This document shows, piece by piece, positions 1 to 11,784 of a stretch of DNA of 64,000 nt. Position 1 is the stretch's first letter. Each line of letters opens with the position of its first letter. Origin of the DNA: Lytechinus pictus. Taxonomy: Eukaryota. The stretch lies in NCBI RefSeq assembly GCF_037042905.1, contig NC_087255.1, positions 34,720,001 to 34,784,000 on the forward strand, given 5' to 3'. The translations under genes and the position numbers were made by a program. A model generated the notes under the pieces. It searched no databases and was not told where the DNA came from. It saw only the letters and a list, made by a program, of their open reading frames with translations.

Positions 1-3000
1 TCTAGTCAAAATGTACCTGCTGAAAACTAGGACATGGCTACGCTTTCACGCTGACGACAGGTTGTTACATATACATAGCCTTCTTGTATTGAATAGGTCT
101 ATATACTCTTTTTAAGTTTTGCAATTTTGTTTTCAAAGACATGCAGGTGATAGGTGTTATCAATATATCTACAGGGGTAACAGAGTTACATCACCATAAT
201 AACTATTTTTTGAAAATGGAATTCATCTTTATTTCACTACTTAAAAATTACTGGGGATTAGGGACGTCACCACTGTCTCTCTTAACCTTGCCGTGGCGCA
301 AACTTACCATGGAAACAAGAATGAACAAGATGGAAATATTAATTTAATCAATGCAGTTCTTATATACGAAATATTGTATCATAAATAATAAAAAAATGTA
401 TTCAGGCAGTATAAAAATATGTTTTAACGAAAAAACGACATACAATTTGGAATTGTATGTTTTTGTTCAAACTTCATTGATGAAATGTGTGTAAAGACAG
501 ACGAAAAATGCAATTGAATAAACATTGCATCACAAACACTGCATGTAAACATTTGTGCTCTAATGAAAGAAGGGGAATAATATTGAATTATAAATTATAA
601 TCAAAGTCCAAGATATTAGAGTGTCGAAAACGTTATTGTCCGTAATGAAATCGTTACTAGTTTAATGCCTATTTATAAATAACTAATTCATGGACTGGGT
701 GAACTGCTTTAGACATACACATGAAGATATAGACCAAGATAATTATTAAATTTTTATTTTCTGGCAGTCAACGATTCTGCAATTTGGCGAATTATCCCGT
801 ATCACACGTTTCGTGAAAGTTGAACACCCCGATGATTTATATACAGATATCGATCTATTTGCATAAAAAGTAATTTATCACGACCATGCAAAAAATCAAT
901 CATTTTAATCGATCACTGTATAGTTGACTCAGAAAGTGATTATGGCAGAGGAGAAATGGGCGGCATTTAGCCCCCATTGCCCGCCTTGCTGACTGCGACC
1001 ATTTTTACATCTGATTTAATGATTAAAAATGAATTTATGTTGCAAACTATTTTCAACGATGGTAATGATCGTGGTAAAAATAGAGATGATGATAATAACG
1101 ACGATGAGGACTAAGACACTAGGGAAAATATATTGTTTGCTTGTTCGCCATGCTCTCTGGGACTCAAACACCAACCCATTGGAAATTATTAGGCCAATAC
1201 CATGATGTGGGTATACAACATGCTGAAACCTGACAAAACGCCTTTCATTTCATCACCCCGTTTTAACCCGTTATCTTTGTTAAACATACGTTTCTTTGTT
1301 GAAAGTTGCAATATTTCTTTGCTCATTCGTTACCCTCCCTCGAGTTCATACCATCGCGATGGTATGAACTCGATGCATCGTCTCATCACTAGACATTTTA
1401 GTGTAGGGTAAAATTACAATTTTCGACGGTTAGTAATACATTTCTCGCTCAGTCGTTACGCATCCTCGTTTATTTTCCAGAATGCTGAGAAACACCTCCC
1501 CCTCTTTTATTTTTTTCTGCTTAACCCATACTTTTCATTTATTACTCAGAAAATCCCGTTTTCATGTACAAACGTTAACTCCCTTCTTAATGTGGAAAGA
1601 AAGATACCACGAGTCGTTGCTATGGTCTCTAGTTTTGCCATCTCCCGGTTGAAAATCCATGGCTACCTAAGTAATTCTGGAATATATAGGACAAATTATC
1701 ACCAGCTTCCGGCGACAAGAAGTACTATCCCACGACTGTCTTGGTCGATAATTATAATAACTTATACACCTTTCATCAGGCAGGGTAAGATACTTGGGTG
1801 TGACGAATATAATATATCCCTAACAAACAACAACAAGACTAACGGTAATTACTAGCTTACTCTTTACTAGCTGGCATAAAATGTGTATAAAAGACTGAGG
1901 TAGAAGGATTCTGTTCTCTCTATTCTTCTTTATTCTTTAACCATCGTTGTTTACATTTTTTTAATAGTTATTTTAGAAAATGATGTATGGTTACACAATA
2001 CGGTGCTTAAAATAAGCATGAATGGGGGCAAAATTACGCAGACAGCTATAGCTCATGCAGTTATGTTGCGATTAGATACGTTACCGTGACGAAGATTGAG
2101 GCTATCTAACAGTTTCTTACCTGATTGACAAGTTGATTACAGAACAAAGCTTTCACCCGTGTTATCAATACGGCGATCTTTAAGGAACTGTTACACCTGG
2201 ACATTTAATCTTCATGTGAAGAATGATTTTTGTTAATCTACAAAAGGCAATTATTGATAGCAAGAAATAGGATTAAGAAAACGGCTTATCATAGCCTAGG
2301 AAAGTCGACATACGTCATGATACGCGGGCTCAAAAGTTGAGGTGTGACACCCTCACCCTATAGAAGGGCATAGTTGTTTTCTATTTACGAACGGGGATGG
2401 CCGATCGCGTCATTAACATAGTAAGTACTTGTGAACTTATGATAAAAGATGTTCATTAAAGACCGCAAGGTAGACCAATTTGAGTCCATACTAAGTATGT
2501 TAAGTCGACATGTAAATTCATGTCTCCATTGGCAGGATGGGGATTTCATATCGTATAGACATTCAATACTAGGGATTGGATAAGGATTTGGATTAGAAGT
2601 GGGCAAAAATCTGTCAAATCATACTGAATATTACTCGTTCAAATCGAACAGAAGAAGAAAAGGCAGAAGATTGATTTGAAGGTAAAGGATTATCAATTTT
2701 CGTCAACGGTATTATGTATCGCCCTTCCTTCGGGTAACTCTAAAATCTGTAATACTGTAAAATATAATATGGACAACGAGTAAAAGCACAGTGCACATTA
2801 CACTCGATGAGGGTAAATACTGTATTTATTAAATAATTTTATTAGTTTGTATCAGAGTCCCATAACCCGGCATTCTGTAATTAACGCTTTTATAAATTAG
2901 TTTTGTCGCTGTCGAAGTGCTGTAAACTTGTATCTTTTTCATACATTTTTACAAAATCCGAGGTTAACAAATTCAGAGTAGCTTTTAAAAGAATCCACCT

Positions 3001-5888
3001 TTAGTTACTGATATTTATCGGGAAAGTTGACGCATTGCTTTGTGCTGAAAAAAGGAGCCCGAAGAATTTGTTCGTGACAATGACCTACATGTAACAGTTT
3101 TTCATCTATTGAAAATGAAAATGAGTATCAATATTGATATCAGGAGTTATAGGGTAAGGGGGTATTCCTTCCCATCTTCCAAGGTCATATTTTCCGAGAT
3201 ACAAGGTAACGGCAATGGTGACGAGTGTCTGAGTATCGAATGACTTTTAACGGAAACCATTGATCGTTCTTCATCATCCTCGTGAACACAATCGTACCAC
3301 TTCTAAAAAACCAGCAAAGGGAATCATAGACTTCAAATACATGAAAACCATCGATCAAAAAAAGACGGGGATATTTGGCAAGATCATGTGTGCTGGAGGT
3401 TTCGGTGGAATGAGGAAATATTGATTAAAAGTCGAAATCAGTATCACAGATCAGTCATAAAATAACGGTGCAAGAGGGAGGATACTTCAAGTTAGTAGGT
3501 TATCCTTCTTGGTCTTATGGTGAGATGGATTGCCTTCTCAAAAGACAACTCATCTTTCGATGGCTCTCATCACTCTCCTTCAGACTTAACCCTCATTCCT
3601 TGTCCTCCCTCCCTCCTTCTAAAATCCGATGACCGAAATTGCTTGCCATAATTGCATTCAAAACGAATGGTAATTATCCCCGGCGTCATAATAATCAATT
3701 CTTTCCTAAAATATGTCCGGTAACACGTCAAATACACGACCACGTCTCATGGGTGCAGGGCCTTAGTGACTCAGAAAAAAGGGAAAATCAATGATCTTTG
3801 AAAGATGGATAGCAGATGTAGAAAACAAAATAAATAGTACAAATTTTAAATGGTATTTAGACGGTTACTATAAAACGAAAATCGATTCGGCAGGTGCCAT
3901 CTAGTCCCAATCACGCGACTTACTACATGACCTACAGTATCGTTACAAACAAGATACATAATTTAGTGTGCTTTCCTGAATTTTGTTTTAAAGGCAAACA
4001 GCCTCATTAATTTTTCTTTTCATAAAAGCAAATAAAACAATAACTAGAAGGAAAGGTTCAGTGAACGTTTAATCCAATTCCGGTTGAGAATATTTTGAGT
4101 ATTGTGATCAATGAAATAAATTATAATAGCTTATGATTAAACTTAACGGTCATTTCATTTGTTTTACCATAAATTTCATAAACCATTAGTTTCCTTATAG
4201 AAAATCTAAAAAAACAAAACAAAACAACAACATTGACTTCATACCTCATGTTATTATTGCATATGATACTTTCCATCTAACTCATTTATCACAGTAAAAT
4301 AAACGAAAATGTGGAACACCTTCAAAACCAATAAACATAAAGACAGACACACAATTATATGAAAACTTTCAATTTTGAATACATGATCAATCAAAATCTC
4401 ACTTGAGTAGGAATGTTATGATGAAAAACTGTTGAATACCGCTTTCCCTTTCTATGCATGTCATGAAAATAATAAACATTCAGTTTTCTTTTTAGCATTC
4501 ATAATCTTTCCCCTTCAGCAAGAATATGTTTCTATGTAAATGACCCCTAATATTGATCAAATCATATCATAAATAAAAACACTTCATCTCTTATTAGTAT
4601 GAGAGTCACTTTTTGCGTGTTTGCGTATAGTATGTTTGCGTGTATGCGTATAGCATGTGTGAGGGTTTGTGTGGGGATGTGTGTCTATCGGGGTTGGAGG
4701 TTCATGTCTTGTCATGGTCTATTCTGTGATGTCGGCAATAGTGGCAATTGATTATGAAAATAACGACAGAAATTATCAAAAGTATGACTTCTTTTAAATA
4801 AAATCTGTAATTAAGCATTTTTGGCATTATTTCATCCAGCTTTACATAATAACAAAACACAGAAAAGGAAAAGAAGGACACACACACACACCCAAACGTG
4901 ATGTGCTGGTAATTCAAGCCTGTCTGCATCAGTATAAAGATTCCCCAAGACTTTAACTCTGATACAAGTTGCAGTGATAACGTTTACCAACGTCTTTGCT
5001 TTTTAATCATAGTTTACTTGCAAATTACGATTTGACAGATCGTGTGAAATAACGTAGCAGTCATAAACGCCTTTCATTATCATTATTATTGCTCAGTAAA
5101 AGATAAATTGGAAATTAATTCATTTTTTACTGGATCTATATGTAAATTGGGGATTGAATTTCCGTTTACTCTCAACCATTGCATGTTAAGTAAAGTTTTG
5201 CAATCTATTATAAATTGGTAAATGAACCGAAATATGAACCATGTGTACTAGAAATAGAAATGTCAAAATTGATTTTGTTTTATTTATAATATTTACTTTA
5301 TAAACTTTGCTAATCTAATTTCACCTAGTTGCATGACGCACATTTTGTAAGCTCAATCTTGAAATGTTGAAATGATCTTTGAAATAACAATACGCGGTGT
5401 ATTCTCATTTTAAAGGTGTATTATACACATTGGCATAACATGATAATATTATTTTATAGAACGGTTTCCCTCAAAAAGCATTCGCCGCAATCTTGACAAT
5501 GTATTGATAGTGACTATATACAAGTGATTTTAGTAAATTTCTGCAGAAATGGGGAAGTTTCACAAAGATTTAAGTATTAATTAGAGTCAACTTAAATAAC
5601 GACGCGTATGCAACGGGCAATGTTATTGATTAATACGAAGTAGTGCGTGCGTCCTCTTGGCACGATCTGACCAACGCGGTCATGCCTTTCATAACGCACG
5701 CAACTGGGCAAGTGCGACCCTAAGGCTTCAGTCACAACTCAGAGCGGCGGCCGACCGATTAGTAGCCTGCTCGGGCGCCGCTGGAATTGAGGCATCGCCG
5801 AACGATTTTTGTAGCAGTCGATCGGGCTGTAAAAATACTTAGCTGGCCAAGCAGTATCCGGTCGATTACCCATTATTTTAAAGCCTAA

Positions 5889-6648
5889 AGCTAAGATCAC
5901 AGCTAAAAAAAATTTAGCCTGCTCGGCGACCGGGCGGCGAAATTTTAGCCAATTTCGCCCGGGCACCGACCGGCGGCCGTCCGGGCACCACTGGTTTTTG
6001 TGGCATCGCTCGGTCGCCGCTCAAGATTTAGTGCGGAGTTAAAATTCTGGCGGCGCCTGCTCACTTTTCACTCGCCGACGGAATACGCTCGGCGCCCGGT
6101 TGGTTGCCGTCCGGGCGCCGACGTAATCGCACGGTCACCGCCGAACGATTTAGGTCGAAAATTGAACTCGTTGGATCAACAGCTGTCGAGCGGTCATCGG
6201 CTGGTCGCCGGTCGCTGGCCGGTCAGTGATCGGTCGATGATCTCGCGGCAAATTCAAGATCGGACGGGCGATTACCTAAAAATAGGCCGATGGGGGGCCG
6301 CCCGGGATTCGGTGGGTAATCAGCCGATCACTGCTAGGACACCAAACAGATAATTTCCTCGATTTGACCCAGATTTGGCCTTGGGTAATGGGTAATCGAC
6401 CGGGCACTGCTCGGCCACCGCTAAGTATTTTTACAGCCTGCTCGACTTCTACAACGCCTAGCTTAGCCGGGTAATATAAGAGCGCCTTGAGCACCTAACA
6501 AGGTGGATATGTGCGCAATATAAATACCCTATATTATTATTATTATTATTATTATTATTACAAAAATCGTTCGGCGATGCCTAAATTCCAGCGGCGCCCA
6601 AGCAGGCTACTAATCGGTCGGCCGCCGCTCTGAGTTGTGACTGAAGCC
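5889..6648 (+). mobile_element. Second copy (B) of the same Harbinger-type family nested in copy A in opposite orientation
   Basis: 5889-6335 aligns with the reverse complement of 6685-7135, with visible divergence. Preceded by TAA and ends gagttgtgactgaagcc. Confidence 0.75.
6455..6558 (+). mobile_element. 5'-truncated LINE 3' end (L2/CR1-group-like) with (ATT)n tail
   Basis: agcgccttgagc...gcgcaatataaat followed by (tat)n. TACAA on both sides (6450-6454, 6559-6563). Confidence 0.65.
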
Positions 6649-9251
6649 TTAAGGGTCGCACTTGCCCAGTTGCGTGCGTTATGAGCAGTGATCGGCTGAC
6701 GACCCACCGATTCCCGGGCGGTTTCCCACTGGCCACCGGCTTATTTTAAGGTAATCGTATGGCCGATCTTGAATTCGCTGCGAGATAATCGACCGATCTC
6801 TGACCGACCAGTGGCCGGCGACCGCCCGTTGACCACTTGACAGCCGTTGATCCAACGAGTTCAATTTTTGACCAAAATCGTTCGACGGCGACCGCTCGAT
6901 TACGTCGGCACCCGGACGGCGACCAACCGGGCGCCGAGCGAATTTCGGGCGGCGAGTGAAAAGTGAGCAGGCGCCGCTTGAATTTTAACTCCATACTAAA
7001 TCTTGAGCGGCGGCCGAGCGATGCCCCCCAAACCAGTGGTGGCCAGACGGCCGCCGGTCGGTGCCCGGGCAAAAATGGCTAAAAACTCGCCGCCCAGTCG
7101 CGAGTAAGCTAATTTTTTGAGTTGTGACATTAGCCTAAGTCATACTCAAATCTTTGTGAGACCCAATGGAAAAAGATCATCGATACTCATGTTTTGAACC
7201 CCTTTTGGGTTCACTTCTTTAATGAAACATACTTATCTAACTTTAACAAAATTCACAATTTTCAATTTTTTAATGTCCTCCCAGATCATTATACGCCCAT
7301 GTCGTAACCTTTTTTATTATGGGAATTCTACAAGATATTGAACCGTGCCATCAAAGTAGTTTTCCAATTATACATTGAAAGGCTCAATACAAAAATATAA
7401 TCGTGATTATGGATGTGTTCTCATTTTTGCTACCAAAGTCATATATTATAGTTTAATATGATGTTCACGATTGCACATTATTTGAATATATTATATGGCA
7501 TTACAAGAAACATACATTCGATCACAAATCAAGCGTAAAATGTGCGTTTCGAGAACGTTGGGTTGTAACTGCAAGTTAACCAGCTACACGTCAAAAGACG
7601 TGCGTTTGAATTTGGGAATCGTGCTTCATTTGGGTTTGAACGAAAGTTTCTTGCAACACCTGATCAGATCATATTATTTCTCGTCACAATATTTTTTTTT
7701 CACCACCATTACGATTTTAAAAATTTAAGCCGTCATTAGGTCATGATCATCAACACCCTCCTCCGTTTATTGGAGGATACTCCGCTTTTAAATGAGAATA
7801 AAAGGCACATTGAGGATGCGCGTAACGTGTTGGTGGCAATAAAGACTCAGGTTACCTATTAATAATGTGCGATTCTTCATCTTTAGACCACTTTCTTACT
7901 CTATATTCATGAATTCACAATGGGACTTTCGAAAAACCCTTGCGTAACGGGATACGAGACGTGCATTTCACGTGTGAATAAGAATTTATCAGTCGTTTGA
8001 CTCTATACTGGCATGGCTGGGATTGGTCTAACAATATTACGATATAAATCAAATTAATCCCAACTGCCCTACCAGCCTACAAAATCACTCTTCAATCCAA
8101 CTTCCTTTCCTGAAAACGAACAGCGGACAAAGAAATCCAAATTGAAAACTATAAACTGGGAAAAACCGTCAGAAGAAAAGATGTCCTCAATGTTTTCAAC
8201 GCACGATCAATACCATTTCTTACCTTTGGGATAGAATTTCAGAAAAGAACGAACTAAAATTTCATCTCGGTTCAACGAAGCGAGATGGAATTGTGAAAAT
8301 GCAAGAGCGTGTTGTCCTAGATTCGGTTGAGATTATGGCCGAAAGGGAATCTAGTCTATTGATATTGTCTTCGAGTCAAAGTTGTGTTGTTTTGTTATGA
8401 TGATATGGATGATGATTAAGCAATGATATCTGGAATAACGGCTGATTTTACGGAAGTCGCAGTACAGTTTGTCAATGAGTTCTGCAAAGGAAATCGAACA
8501 CAGAGGTATTCATCATTTAAAAAAACCCAACCCATCTTAAAGTAGGTCGTTCTTACCGAAGAGTTGTCCCGGTATCAGGCGCCTGTTGATTATATGTGTA
8601 TGCAACTGTGGCAACTATTATTCTCTTTTTTTTTTACCATGTTTAATTTGAGCAATTTATAAATTACCCATTTTCATTCGCTTGGGAAATAGGTATAACA
8701 GGCATAAGAGGTCTCTCGTAAAGGGTTAGCCTGATGTGGATTTCGATTGAATAAACATGATAAAAGCAGAACAATGCAGAACAATGCGAGAAAGAGATTA
8801 TTGAATTTTCGGTGAAATATCATCCACAAAAAATGAATGTTAAAATTGTAATTATTTTGCGAAGGGCCCTTTTATATGTCATGTATACGATTCATAAATA
8901 TCCACAAAATCCTAATTCTGAATGCTTTATGATGACCCCAAAATATTTAAAAGCGTGTAAGAAATAAATCGTCTGATCATAATGTTAAAGCACTGGCAAA
9001 AAAAATGTTTTTAATTTTCAGAGGACATTACTCTCTGTTGTGCATTTTAAGATGACATGGGAATACCGCTTGTATAAAACCTCATGATGTAAATTAAGTG
9101 GGTTTTCGCCAAACATTTAGTAATATGTTTAAAAAATATATCTTTTTTAATTCTTTAATCTGTTAAAAGAAGTCAATTGATATGAGAAGAAAACGCATAT
9201 GGAGATATTTTGTAAAATATTATCTTTTGTCTTTCTTAAATTGATTTACAG

Positions 9252-9302
9252 TTTGCAGTCTACAGTTTGAAACAACACAAGATAGAGTGCCAGCAAAAAG
9301 AC
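9252..9302 (+). CDS. Np18: Np18-type neuropeptide precursor, internal coding exon (51 nt, phase 1-1): [x]CSLQFETTQDRVPAKR
   Basis: Pyrimidine tract plus tttacag acceptor and ac|gtaagt donor. Open frame ends in a dibasic KR that joins in frame to LFWVD in the next exon. Confidence 0.88.
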
Positions 9303-10340
9303 GTAAGTAAAATTATCAGATCATGTATGCATTTTAAAAAAGAAAAACATCCAGTAGTTGCCTCTAGTTTATTAATAGAGAAAACCATGTAACATTGATC
9401 AACGGCATGGGGACATCAGTCGCTATTCATTTAATAACCTCGAATAGAAACAGGTATGCTAAAGGGGAACATAAAAATGACAAGTTATTTGACATCAATG
9501 ACTTGAAATTAGAAATGTAACATATTTGTCACAAATGCCAATAGGTTAAGCTGATTGTGCTTTTACGTTATGAAATATGAAGGGAGGTAAGAAAGAAATT
9601 CACATTATACGTCATGCTTTAGTCACATTAAAAAGACTGACTCCAAAAGGGTTAATATGCCATTCGAAATAACGTGATAAATTTGATCGGTCTCGATCGG
9701 TTTCAATGGTGTGATAATATAGTACGACCAAAGAGGTCGTGGTCACGTTATTTGTATGAGGGCGCCATTTAAGTTTTGATAGATTGGATAGTTAATCGAT
9801 CCTGTGTTTAGCTTAGATAATGCTGATAAAGTAGAAGTTTCAGATCAAAACGACTCCTGATATTCAACCGATTTTAAAGGAATTTTTTATGTTTGAATCA
9901 CAAAAAAAAATGGTTGGAGAAAATTATGGGCAAATGAATGACATTAAATTGCTATATAGATCATTTTGATATTTTGCTATGATTTTTTTAAGGATCATCC
10001 TTGCATTTTTCGAGCTTAGCTGCTTAACAAGACACTAACTCATTAGAAAGAAAAATCGTATAAACTGTAGACCCCTTACCTGCTGAGGATAACTGAATGG
10101 GTGTTTAATTAATTTAAACACTCACGATGAAAACTTAACAGGAAAGTGAATTTGAATTTTAAATGATCTAATACATTCACATCTTCTTTTGATTGCAGGT
10201 TCTTTTCGTTTAATATATCTTCTTCTTTAATCCTCTTCCCTCTCTTCTGTTTTTTTAATTTACCGTAATGTCCCATATCCTTTGTTCTGAATCATTGTAT
10301 TGTGATTACTGTTTCCTTTATATCATCACTCATCGTACAG

Positions 10341-10373
10341 TGTTCTGGGTAGACAAGAAAGACCATCCCGTAG
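10341..10373 (+). CDS. Np18: Np18-type precursor, 33-nt exon encoding LFWVD-KK-DHPV
   Basis: cgtacag acceptor and tag|gtaagt donor, phase 1-1. KR-LFWVD-KK is the motif I recall for echinoderm neuropeptide precursor 18. Confidence 0.9.
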
Positions 10374-10879
10374 GTAAGTCAGAAATATTCACTCAATATA
10401 CTCCGTTAAAGTACTGCGAGTGTTTCTTCATGTCATATTGTGTAACGTTTTGAAAAGCGAAATAAATTAAATCATATTCGTTACCAATTCTTTCAATGAT
10501 TGTGGGTTTACTAGACACTACTGAATTAACATTGTAATAGACATTATGCTCATGATCTAATCATAAAAAAGAAACATTTCTTACTGTGAGACCATAGACT
10601 TACAAACGCACAACCTTGATGAAAGATTCGTCCACAGCCCCTATTCTCATCCTATCACATTTCTTTGCAACATTTTTTGAATCTCCTTCATATTTTAATC
10701 AATTCACTTTCCTTCTTTTACTCATTTCTTAATTTCACTTGTGCTTCTTTAAGTTGTATTTGCAATATGTTTGTGTAAAATGATGCGACCTTTTCAAGCC
10801 ATTTTGCCCTTAACCGTCTTTATATACCTTGACTTCGGAAAAATTAATTTGAACTTGCATTGACAATAATTTTATCATT

Positions 10880-11040
10880 AATTTTCATTTAATTTAATTT
10901 AATTCATTTCCACAATAAAAACAAAGTAAATACAATGAAACCAGTCAACTAACTGTTAATAACCATGTATATTAAAAGTTGTAATGTGGAGGAAACCTAG
11001 AGAAAGCAAAGCCTATGTGACAGAGGTTCCCTCTAGCACA
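10880..11040 (-). mobile_element. LINE 3'-UTR remnant in an Np18 intron
   Basis: Imperfect stem gaggaaacct...aggttccctc next to an (attta)n tail, the layout typical of CR1/Crack 3' ends. Confidence 0.4.
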
Positions 11041-11167
11041 CATAATGGATCAATTGTTCATAATTTAAATTCAAATTAAAGGATACAGTGTTTTCGAAAA
11101 GAGTGAACACGATTGAATGATTATACACAATTATGCGTAATGTATTTTTTCTCCTTTTTCCTCACAG

Positions 11168-11215
11168 ATACAGACTTTTTCACAGTAAGGGCCAACGATG
11201 CCGAAGAGATTCTTG
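11168..11215 (+). CDS. Np18: Np18-type precursor, 48-nt exon DTDFFTVRANDAEEIL
   Basis: Long pyrimidine tract plus ctcacag acceptor and ttg|gtaggt donor, phase 1-1. Visible inside ORF 11113..11313. Confidence 0.88.
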
Positions 11216-11611
11216 GTAGGTATTTCAATGATTACGTAATAATAAATGTCACTTGTGCGAATCGTGGAGCAGATGCCAAAATAAATACTTCAGGAAATGT
11301 TGTTTTCATATAACAGTGAAAAATATATTTATTTTTATCCTTCTTCGTTATAGAAGGAAAAAGCACAACAAAATCTCAAGTCAAATATATAAGGAGAGAG
11401 AGAGATTATTTTGGATAACAATGTACTTATTCACTTATAAATTTCAATGATTCAAAATTATTATCTGCATAGGACTTTATTTTCTTAAACGCTAATGATT
11501 ATATCCAAAGCAAATAAAGAAATGATATTCTGTGGGATAAGCAAACACTAATAAACATGCTTTTTCTGCTTTGTTTATTTTATTTTCTTGTTCTCCTTCT
11601 TGATACTGTAG

Positions 11612-11784
11612 ATTGCTTTGTGGAAGTGTGCATAGCAGATTTCATCAACTGTGCAAAGAAGTGCTTGTTCTATGAAAACGGAAGTTCATGCTTGCCATCA
11701 TGTCGTCATACCAGATCAATCTGTAGTGTCCAATGCTTCAAGAGATATGACGTAGGTGTCAGTGATATCCCATCAGTCCACTGA
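11612..11784 (+). CDS. Np18: Np18-type precursor, last coding exon: 8-Cys domain DCFVEVCIADFINCAKKCLFYENGSSCLPSCRHTRSICSVQCFKRYDVGVSDIPSVH*
   Basis: Pyrimidine tract plus actgtag acceptor, in frame with the upstream exons. TGA at 11782-11784, AATAAA hexamers at 11791 and 11819. Lies within ORF 11557..11784. Confidence 0.9.

Larger units (their letters stand above)
5724..7135 (-). mobile_element. GC-rich PIF/Harbinger-type non-autonomous element (copy A: 5724-5885 plus 6685-7135)
   Basis: TIRs ggcttcagtcacaactc / gagttgtgacattagcc, flanked by TAA on both sides (5721-5723, 7136-7138). Confidence 0.8.
5551..7166. mobile_element. Short palindromic MITE split by nested insertions (own sequence ~5551-5723 and ~7136-7166)
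   Basis: Terminal inverted repeats gtttcacaaagatttaagtat / atactcaaatctttgtgagac. Removing 5724-7135 plus one TAA rejoins gcgaccctaa|gtcatac. Confidence 0.75.

Noticed and set aside
4950-5005. Hydrophobic stretch LIQVAVITFTNVFAF as the possible Np18 signal exon
   Set aside because: No in-frame ATG, ends in a stop, and has no phase-1 donor.
5657-7072. GC-rich ORFs of 61-117 aa on both strands
   Set aside because: They are by-products of GC-rich palindromic MITEs and contain no transposase or other protein motifs.
11557-11611. Hydrophobic 'signal peptide' MLFLLCLFYFLVLLLDTV at the start of ORF 11557..11784, suggesting a single-exon secreted toxin/AMP
   Set aside because: It is the translated polypyrimidine tract before a canonical acceptor. 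Splicing to three upstream exons gives a coherent Np18 precursor.
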